A program made the translations under genes and the position numbers. The notes under the pieces are model-generated. The model saw only the letters and a program-made list of their open reading frames with translations. It made no database searches and had not been told where the DNA came from. 64,000 nucleotides of DNA, from positions 19,100,848 through 19,164,847 of the forward strand of contig CM120643.1 in NCBI GenBank assembly GCA_051362555.1, written 5' to 3'. Numbering within the stretch: the stretch's first letter is position 1; each line of letters opens with the position of its first letter. Shown here piece after piece: positions 11,949 through 22,317 of this stretch. Source of the DNA: Lingula anatina. Its lineage: Eukaryota > Animalia > Brachiopoda.

Positions 11949-13935
11949 ATGCAGCTGTATCTGGTACTGATACTTCTGTTGTCCGCAACATGTGTAAGCT
12001 AGTAGCTAAGCTTTTAGTGTCATTTGGTGTCTTTTAATTGGATGTAATTAAATTTTGTTTGTCATTTTGATTTAAAATAGCAGAACTGTGTCAAGATACA
12101 TAGTATTAAGTTGCTTCTTAGCGGTGACCTATTTATTGTAACGTTACGTGAAATGGGAGCCACTAATTTGCTTCTAGTTGTATGAACAGCATTCTTGGAC
12201 GTTCTGGAATTTCTGTCGGTGTCACGGTTGATACTCTTTTAGCATACTGGAATGGATATTGATCTGAATACTTATATTTAATAAGTTCAAAATGTCGTGA
12301 ATTGATAAATTTGATACTGTCTGGCACACAACATCACGTTCACGAAACAGGTGATAATTTTTGTGATGTGATCTCTCTTTCAGTATAATATTACTGGGTA
12401 TATTGGTTTCATTTAAAAGCATTAAGCTAGGTTCTTTGTCCAATTTTAACTGATAATTTTTATTTCTGTTCTGTCCTTTGTCATGATCACAGGATCGCTA
12501 GCTGAGCTGTGTTACCAGTGCGACTCAACGCTTCACGGGAACTGTGCAGACCCGTTTGATGGCTCAGGCATTCACCGGACTGCATGCCCCTATGGCTGTC
12601 AAAAGGTGAAAGAGGAATACAAAGGTACAGTTAAATGGATAACAACTCTTTGATTGAGATTTGTATTTTACAATAAATGCATTGTAAACAACTAATAGAA
12701 ATATGTTTGCCATCAGACCACCTGGACCTTCATAGATGGGAGATTATTAAAAAAAACATGGACTAGCTTTGAATGTAGGAATGGGTTTATTAACCATTGG
12801 AAATTATGGACTGAGGTTTTTGTACAGGAACAGCGGAGACAGAGGGGGGGGGGGGGGTAGGGGGAGTGGAGCAATGCAATACGGTGTGGCTTCTGAACCC
12901 TTCCCCTTATATCTTTAGCCTAATAAAACAGTATAATGAGATCAACAAGGCAAACAAAGCATTTTTATTACTTGGTGCAAGGCTACAGAATGTTTCATCA
13001 TAGGATATTTGACCTAATCATATATGCATGCAGCTGTTCTGCTAATATGGATAAGGAATGGTTTTAATTAAAAGTAGAATTAATTTTTTTTGTAAAAAAA
13101 ATTATTTTTACTATTTTAAGGCATATTTACTAGTAAATTGCCTGAGATCAAAGGTGAATGTCGAAGAATAAATTTGTGGGTACTGTGAGACTTCAAGCTA
13201 TACACAGACAATGCACATTCATCATCACATTCTAAAGGTTAATGGAGAAGTGCAAGGTCTCAAGCAAGACCTCCTTAAAAGACAAATTGGGGGACCCCCC
13301 TTTTTGCACTCCCTTTTATTCTTTATTCTCAAGGATTCCCCTTTAAAATGAAATACTGATACCTTCAGTGTTTCAGTGTAGGAGATTAATAAGAAGTTTA
13401 TGCACAGGGCTGCTCTTAAATAGTTAAAACTTACTGAAGGGATAAATTTGTCCCTATTTGTATGCGTATCATGCTGCTTGTTTCATTATCCATGTGGCTT
13501 GTAAGTAGGGTTAAAGACAGAATTTATTAACTTAGTCACAAAAACGAACGTAAAATTTTGTCGGAGATGTTATATTTATTATAAGCCACTTTACTCCACT
13601 GCACCTGCAATGTTGAATGGATGGATGAAGCAAATTCATTCTTAATTTTTTTGTTAGTTACTCTTTCTATCTCTACATTTAAAATTTTATTTATTTATCT
13701 TGATACATTGTTTTGAACTTCAGAGGCAACGGGAAAAGTCACCCGTGGCTGTGTTATAGCAACAGTGGCTGACCATGGCTGCAGCGAGACTAAAAAACCT
13801 GACAGTGGAGTCTCTGATGCATATTGGTGCACCTGTGAGGGCGAACTGTGCAACCATGCCCCAAGGCCCTCCAGTAGCCAAATTCCTCTGTTCATGGGCC
13901 TCGCAGCCATCTTACTGATGAAGATACTGTTTTAA
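11949..13935 (+). CDS. Ly6/uPAR three-finger protein, quiver/sleepless-like, putative GPI anchor (paralogue B)
   Basis: Exons about 11949-11993, 12493-12624 and 13724-13935: MQLYLVLILLLSATC / (G)SLAELCYQCDSTLHGNCADPFDGSGIHRTACPYGCQKVKEEYK / EATGKVTRGCVIATVADHGCSETKKPDSGVSDAYWCTCEGELCNHAPRPSSSQIPLFMGLAAILLMKILF*. Ten LU cysteines and the same exon layout as paralogue A. The first junction is 1 nt out of phase (see findings). Confidence 0.85.
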
Positions 13936-16761
13936 GTCGTTTTGATTTCTTTTCAATAATAATGAAATTAACAAAGTTGATTAATTATTCATCTGGAAAC
14001 AATTGTTTAATCTACAAGAAAAGCAAAAATGATATTTGAAAGTTTTGAAAACTTATTTTGGGGCTGTGTTAAAAAGGGAGGCTTTTTTGAGAAACTAAAA
14101 ATTGATGAATCTTGCAGAAAATGAAATATTGGCCTAAATGAGGTGTTTTGAAACTTGTGAGTTATTTCCATAATTGAATTTCAGGGTAAATTTTTCTCGA
14201 TTCTGTTGCATAATACATGTACAGTTTTGCGTGCCAAAATTATGCAAAAAGGCTGTGTCAAAAGTCAACTCTCCTTTTGTAGAACATGGACAGTGATCAG
14301 TTTCTTTGCTGTTTTGCTATTCAAAGTCTTAGAATTAAAATGGTTATTTGGTTATTTTTAATGCGTTATAAAGAGATAGGAACATTTCTGTAGTCTTTAC
14401 AGCTGCTATAGAGATCAAATTATCAAACCATTTAACACAGGCATATAACATAATGTAATATGTCCAGCCATTTAAGAAAAAATAGCTTTGAATTGTGAAT
14501 AGTTTTACAGAATTCAGTTAATTTTTTGTCTTTAAACTTTTAATAAAATGATAGTGTGATTTAAAATACAGACTTCTTTCTATTGTCCCACAAAAAAGTC
14601 AAAGTTATGGGCACTGTTGGAAATGCCATAGCAGTCAACAACCAAGTAATACCATCATAAAATATAAGGAAGGGTTATATTTTGAATAAGTATAGAAAAG
14701 AGATTATCAAAGTGTGTATTTTGATTCATCCAGTGGATTTGAAATTTAAAAAAATGTATATGAGATTTAATTTCCTTTCTTTATTGAAGTAAGATACAAT
14801 ATATGCATATATACTTTACTCACAGCATTTAGTTTAGGCTCTTTTAGTTAAATGCAGATTTTTATTCTCATTTATGCATAAGTCAGCAGGTTCACTGACA
14901 AATGTACAATACTGTTAGCGAACCATAGGAAATCCTGAGTAAAAGATGATCTGATACCCTTTGGTGCATACAATTTGGCCACAATTACATGATAACTAGG
15001 GCATGCGAATGTCCTATACTATAAGTGGATATCTTGTTTTGATCATGTCACGTGATCTTGTTTCGCCACTGTACATGGTGCCATCTGTTGGAATGAAAAA
15101 AATTGGAAGCTATGCTGTAGCATATCATCTTTCTCTCATGGTTTGTTTTGTCTTTGGTCATTTCAACATTATATTACCCTTTTGTTATGTTTGTGTTTGT
15201 ATTTTTATTTTCAAAATTGGCAGTTACTTTAAGTATCATACATTGTGAGTCGCAATTCCACAGTACAATGTACCTGAAATTACAATATTTTAAATTTTCT
15301 ATCCATTTCATTAAATACAACTAAGAGAGGATTATATATCAAAAGGTGCAAAATTGGGTTAAAGGAAATTAATTTGTGATACATTTATATTCCAAATGCA
15401 ATTTTTAAAATGTCTTTGCAAGGCATGCATTAATTGATATGTAAAACATACTCCAAGTGTCACGCTGGTTTTTGTACACGTATGTAGTATTTAATACTAT
15501 TTTAAATTTTAGCATTTTCTACACAATTTTTGTAATTTTTAAGCCTTTTCTTTTTGCTTATGGTTGATGGTACTTTAGTATTGATAGCTTGCAACCAGTT
15601 TGGCAGTTTTCACCACAAATTTGTGGCTGTCGCATTATCAGCTTGAATAAATATATTTCTGAGGTATTTTTGAAGTTACGGCATTGTTTCACAAGATTAC
15701 ATGGTAAAGTTGTTAAAAATCATAACATATTGAACCACCTTAAGGGTTATGCCATAGTTATTTATAATAGTGTGTTGCATATATATAGCAATAAATTGAA
15801 ATCAACAACATATAAAAATACCCGTATAATTTTTTTGAGACTTAATCTATCACTATTAAGTTTTTACTTAAGAGAACTGGCCTTATACAAATAATTAAGA
15901 TTTATCTCAAATTATATTGTAAATTTATGGAATAAGAAATATTTGTTACACTTTGGCTTTATAATATTGTGTATAACATTTTGTGTTAACAGGTTTCTGC
16001 TTTGTTTCCTTTAGTATGTGATAAAAAGGACAGCCACATACATTGTGATGCAAGCATTGTTATGTAACTGTAGCTAAATACATGTAACACTAAAATTGAA
16101 TTATTTTTCAATTACTAAAGCTTGTTGCGTATCAGTATTACTGATTTATCATAAAGAGACATTATGCAGAGTTGTCATAGGCCTAAATCTTCCCTTTATT
16201 TGCCATACCATTGCCCAGAAACACATTGCTTCATTGATACATGTTATGAAATAGCTACCCCCTGCTTTGAAAATGCTTTTTTACACACAGTGAAAATGCA
16301 ATATATCTTTGTAACTGTTCCCAGAGTTTAAGTCAAGTGGAAAACAGTGTGGTCTGAAATGAAAAACATATTTATTGGCTATTTCCCAGTTTAAAACTAG
16401 ATGGTGTGTAGGTCTTACATTTAGAGGGTAGCTGAGATGATGTTTATTGTATTTCTGGGAACCAGAACCCTGTATTTGGTGTCATTTATTTCTGTGATAT
16501 TAAGCCAAAATTGTGTCAAAAGATAAATATATGCTGAAAAGCACTCCTTTGGTTTGTAATTAATTTTCATTGAGATTTTTTTCACATTTAGGTGCATATA
16601 GGTGTGCGTGCACTGTCATTCTTTCTTTTATACTTGAATAGGCAGGGGAAATTTGAAAGAATTTATTGTGGATGTGTATTGTTATTGTCCAGTTTTGCAG
16701 TGTTTTCTTAGATTGATTTACAGTTAGCTTCATCACCGACTTACAGTGATTTTTTTATTCA

Positions 16762-16772
16762 CAGGCCCGTAG

Positions 16773-16810
<38 letters not shown>

Positions 16811-16940
16811 ACGGGGGTTCAAAAGAACCCCCTATTTGCTGGGAAAAGGTCCACTCTGGGTAAATTTGATCTAGGTTTCAAGACAAAAGGTCCACATTTT
16901 CAGACCCCCCTCCCTTTAGCAATTGCGGGCTAGGAGCCTG
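16762..16940. mobile_element. MITE with CAGGC...GCCTG termini and 5-bp TSD (ATTCA)
   Basis: TIRs CAGGCCCGTAGCC / GGCTAGGAGCCTG, flanked on both sides by ATTCA. The interior GGGGGTTCAAAAGAAC...AAAAGGTCCAC is shared with 55548-55714. Confidence 0.75.
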
Positions 16941-17525
16941 ATTCACCTTGTAATAAAATTCATTGAAAATATTCAAATTATATCAAGTTCCTTTAATGCA
17001 TTTTTACAGTTAAATAATTTATAACTCGAGTATAACAGTCCTGGGCGCCATGTGAACATTAGGGACGATGAAAAATCAACGACGATCAAAAAATTTATGA
17101 AAAGTGAATAATAATTGGTTAGAGTCTAAAGCCCAGGTATATCCAACAGACTTAACAATGTTACATATTACTTAAAATGATTTTTAAAAAAGTAAAATTC
17201 AAAGTCTGTTTAATAAAAGCCCATTAAATGTCATAAATAATAATAATATAAGAAAAATGATACAATAAAAAGGAGAAAAACACGAGATTCATTTTCTGGG
17301 CTCGATAGTAAAACAATTTTAGTGCGTGATGACCGATGATCATAACATGACGGCCCTGTGTCACACATTTCTTTTTTAATATTATCACGGTAAAATGGTT
17401 GTTATATTATACAGTAAATTACACCAAAACTCGTGAATGAAAACGTTATACGGAGACAAAATTTACATACTTTTAAATCATGGCCTTAGCCAGTAGTCAT
17501 ATATTTGAAAGTGAATATTGAGCTT

Positions 17526-20095
17526 TTAGTCCTTTTCTTTCCGCAGTTCTCTTAACAATGGTCGGTAAATCCTGCGACTAAATATCTCCAATTTCCCATT
17601 GGCACAAAAGACTTGGTTTTCATGGACGCATGTTTTAAGTCTCGTCTGACAGCTTGCTTTCGACTGTGAAAAATCCCTGATGCACTGGCTGATCTGGTCT
17701 ACGCATGTTTCTATTGAAAAAATAAAAATGAAATGAATACATAAAAACAATAAATTTCTGAATCTGCTTAAAATAAAAGAATCAATTGGAAACTACAAGT
17801 TGCGTAACACAAGTACAGCTGCAAATAGACGTCAACATGCTGGAATGCTACATAGTTTGTGAGGCACGTCAGCGGAGGAAATTCAAAATATATATCTGAC
17901 TCAAATAGAAACAGAAAGGAAAGGGGACAAATGAAATATAAATTTGTATGTCATGTCAGATTAATTGTCCCTTTCTTTCATTCTCGACTACTAAAATAAT
18001 ACATCAGAAGCAGCAACATACCAAACGTCTGTTATGAACCGAAAGAGGGGGGAGCGGAGGAAATTTGCTTCAAATAGTTTTTAGATTACATCCGATTAGA
18101 TATTGTCATATTCTCGGCACGTGAGTACCTGTCACGTGAACAATATTACGCTCACACCATGTGAAGCGCGCGCTATAGTATATAATAATATGTAAAGGGA
18201 CCTTTTAGGGCTAAACAAGGGAAACATCTTAGAAATTCCTTACCTGCCGAGCTGCTGACGTCATGATATTTTTTTCTCCTCACTTCTCCCACTTTGTGAC
18301 GTTGCTTGTGACTTTGTGAGTGCTTGTGAGTGCACTGAACAGATGCCTTGGTAATACATGACTAGAATAATATGGTTTTAAAGAATAAAGTGCATAAATG
18401 TACATAAATATCTGCAACGCATATTGAGATACTTAATATGGTATGTATTTATTCAATCAATTTATTTCGGTACTACAGTAGCAGCAGCAGTAGTAGTGCC
18501 TGTTACGATGACCTCGGCCTAAAACGCTCAACAATACATAAAACATAAAACAGAAGCAATGTATTACCCGCACTGTACCGCATGTCTCCCATTTGAATTC
18601 TTCTCCCGACGCATGTGCCGACTGACTACATGTAAGCAGTATGGACGTGATGTCACAACTGTCATGGGTCGCAATCGAATGACTAAAAAAGAGGGGGTTA
18701 GGAACTGTGCTTGAAAAATGATACATAAATTCAAAAGAAGGAAATAAAAAAAGACGAGAAAAATCGAAACCTTTCATTGATTAAGCACTATAGAAAAGAG
18801 CTTGAACATTAAACGAAGAGCGATAAACGTTTGACGGGGATGAGCTCAGACACAGATAATTTCTTTTAAGTACCTAATTAAGCATGGGTCTGAAATGCGT
18901 CAGGGCAAAATATTACCGGGAGGAAATATCCCTCACCCTTGCCCCGTCATATTATGTTTATTTCAACGATATACATTTGATAACTCGCTATCATAAACGA
19001 ATCATACGAACGCTAGCTTCGACGAGCGTGCTTTACTATATTTTTCATAACGTACTGAATAGTTTTATCATGTAGTTAATAGTGCAAAATGCTTTAATTT
19101 AGATGTTTATGGTATGTCTTATTGATCCTGGTTAATTAAAAAGTGCCTGGACGGTATAAGGAAATTAGAATAAAGCACATAACTTGTTATTTATTGGAAA
19201 ATGATGCATATGAACTGTCATCATGAGCTAGATTCCCGGTAAACAAGGAGAATCAAAATAAATTTTCGGCTTATCATTCCATTGTTCCATGAGAAGCAGA
19301 ATTTCATCAGAAACGTGACGTCATTACTTTACTCCATATTAATACATGTAGTATAAAACAGAAATAAATGGGGAAAGTAAAAATTATGCACATATATCAC
19401 ACAATTCATGCTTTTTGTGAAATAATAGGATTCTTTATATACTCAGGTAAACTCGCCAACAGCTTTAGATATTGAGTGTGATAGAAACTGAAGCTTATCA
19501 TTTAATTTGGCCACTTAAAAATTGTCAATATATTTATATACTAATTTACGTTCTTACATGTTCTCACGTCATTTTAATAGGTTAACAAAATATGAAGTGC
19601 TCAAATACAAGTTCTTATTTGGCCTGAGTTCTCATTTTAAGTAGGCTACCCGGTTTTTAGTCCATCATTTGTTTAATTGAGAATGTAACCATTTACATTA
19701 TGATAGGGCCTTTTCGACGATGTAGGCCTAAATTTTGGATTATTGGTGTATTGACTGCTGAATTTCAATTTTCACTATAAACGGCAAGTTCATATTTAGA
19801 TCATTATATGCTGAATATGTGCTGAACGTTAATATAAATCTATGCACAGGTTAAAGATAACTTACCCGTTCCACTTCAATTTTCTTACAAAGAAAATCTC
19901 AGGACCGTCCTCAGGAATATTCCTAGCAGATATTCCAGGGAGATTTTGGTTCACTTTGGAATTCACATTCCCGTACCCTGCAGTAATCTGACAAAGTAGC
20001 AGCAAAGTAGCAGTTACTTGTACATAGCAGAGATAATTTGTACACACACCATGTATTTGTCCCATTGTTGTCATCGCATTGCGTTGAGATGTCAT
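17526..20095 (-). CDS. Uncharacterised secreted cysteine-rich protein (~206 aa, 4 exons)
   Basis: Minus-strand exons 20095-19866, 18682-18568, 18334-18244 and 17710-17526. All introns are GT-AG with compatible phases (2, 0, 1), giving 621 nt open to TAA. Hydrophobic N-terminus YVQVTATLLLLCQITAG and 9 Cys in the predicted mature part. Alternative starts at 20074 and 20065. Confidence 0.75.
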
Positions 20096-21319
20096 AGTTT
20101 TATTGAAGACTTGCTGGTTCAAATAACATCGTCGGAAAGAACATCCGCTGGATGTTAAATTTCCCTTGATGACTAGTCTGCGATGAATAGAGGTGAAAGC
20201 ATAAGATGATAAAAATCACAGCATTCGGCCTAATTGAACATACATGCGTCTATCGCTTCAGCTTTCTTTAAGTAAACAAAACAAATGTTCTGCTTCACAC
20301 ACGTGCGTGGGAGTGGGGCATGACACATAGGGCATAGGACCTACGTAGGCCTACTGCCTGCCTTTATTAGGCCATATTCTCTTTAGGGCAATCGATCTTT
20401 CCCGGAAGAAAGGATATTGCTTTAGAATCCATCAAACTGCGTATTTATGAATCAGAATAACATGGCCAATAAAAGACCAAACACTGGGACAAATACAATA
20501 GGATCAACGCATTGTCCTGCATTTTCGAGAATGCGGACACCTTCCGTCTTATATAATAATGAAAACTTCAATTTGAACTTTGAAACATCTCAGTAGTTCA
20601 CATGTTTTCTAGATTACATCCGTAACACATCTGGAGTTCTCGTGGAAAAGAAACGATAGGCCTGTAGTAAACATGGGCGTAACTAGGCATACGCACGGAT
20701 GGACTGTGCGTACATTTTTTTTTTTTTTTGGCCAACCATGATATTATTTTATATAAATTTAGTGTATTTTTCACGGAATATAATCGAAAACCCTCTGCCA
20801 ATTAAAGTCACTTATGTACAAATTCTTTGTATCAATTGTATACGCACAATTGTTCTGACCCCCCGTCTTGCATACTTTTATTGAACTGAGGTAAACAATG
20901 CCTGTTACCTTTACAAGTCCTATCTTAACCGTCCATCTAACTAGAACATCATTTACCATTTTATTGGAGGGTTAAGTGGCCTTCAACTCTCCTGTAGTCT
21001 TGAGAGTATCGAACGCACTCTCGCTGGCGATATTTATCTCAGGTAAAATCTACCTGTGCGTTATTTTCAAAGAGCAGCTCACGTAGACCTAGGGGCACAA
21101 GATAAAATCAAAGGAAGAATTTTTATTGCAAAGCTTCAAAGCATTTCACACGGACTTGATCCAGTTTAGCCCTCCAAACTATCAGGGTGACATGGGTAAT
21201 TTTCACAAACAAATAATTAAACTTAGATGTATCAAAGCTCTGTCGTGTCATAGGCCTAAAGTTTGTTGTTTTTGGGAGCAATGCACCCGCATGGAAGCTG
21301 GATGAAACTGTATATAACA

Positions 21320-21530
21320 CCCCATTTCCATAGATTAGATCGACCTACTTAAGATCGACCTAACTCCCTGGGGGTTCACGCTAAATAGCTGTCAGCCGGG
21401 CGGACACGAAAGTTAATTACCCCCTTACAGCTTGTAGTAGGCGGCACGGACATTTAAGTCGGATTATCTGAAAGTAATCTAGTGAGACTTCCCGTGGGGA
21501 TAGATCGATCTAAAATCTATGGGAATAGAG
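21320..21530. mobile_element. MITE with ~28-bp TIRs; related shorter copy at about 63139-63246
   Basis: CCCCATTTCCATAGATTAGATCGACCTA ... TAGATCGATCTAAAATCTATGGGAATAGAG. The 63.1-kb copy matches the right end in reverse orientation. Confidence 0.65.
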
Positions 21531-22229
21531 CCTAAGTTCAACTCAGAGGCGGGACCAGGATTATTCGAAGGGGGAGGGGAGGGGTCCGCTGATGTGAAGT
21601 TAGCCTACTTTTAAATGAATAAACCGTTCTGGGTAAATAAAAATATTGAAACTTTATTAAATCTCGAAAATATATTTGACTTAAATGATGATTTTATTAT
21701 TATTGGAAATTAATCTACGATGTGTGGTACATATGCTGTGATTACGCTGCCCTTCATCTGTTTCGTTTGTCTACATTTTGCTGTACGTGCTGGGAATTTT
21801 CTGTGCGTACAATTTTTAAAGGTCTGATTACGCCCCTGGTAAAGTTGTTCGAAAACGTTCTTTTTTCTTTAAAAAATAATAAAGAAATTAAAGTGCTTAG
21901 TCCAACTTTTTCTTGTAGTCTAACATTTCCCATGGCGGTGTATAATCCTACCAAACCTTCACAGGACTAGACCCAACCCCCCACCTTACCCCCTCATCTA
22001 CGAAGCAGACGAAACAAAAGTAGGCCAAGGTTACTAACATCCGGGCTTTTTGAACCCGTCATGTCAGAGACATGAGTGATTCAGGAAGGTAAAGTTTACC
22101 CTGTATTTGTATGAAATCAATATCTAATATGGCCAAGTATTATCATAAATATTACTAAAGAAGAAAGCAAGAAGAAACGGCTAATGTAAAATACATAGCT
22201 TTTAAATTAGCTGAGTTTGACTCGATAGA

Positions 22230-22270
22230 ATCCACCACTTCCGGGAACATCCTGGAAGCGGAACTTCACT
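22230..22270 (+). promoter_or_regulatory. Candidate ELMO core promoter with ETS/GABP-type motifs
   Basis: CCACTTCCGGGAAC...CCTGGAAGCGGAAC about 60-80 bp upstream of the first ATG, at the start of a locally CpG-richer segment. Confidence 0.4.
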
Positions 22271-22317
22271 AAGGACGATTATACCCATTGTTTCTACTCG
22301 GCCTTCGACTTGGGAAC

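Noticed and set aside
11990-12494. In-frame TGA (selenocysteine) or AT-AC intron as an explanation of the Ly6-B junction
   Set aside because: The TGA would fall in the signal peptide and I saw no SECIS evidence. The 5' sequence ATGTGTAA does not match the U12 ATATCCTT consensus. A 1-nt indel is more parsimonious.
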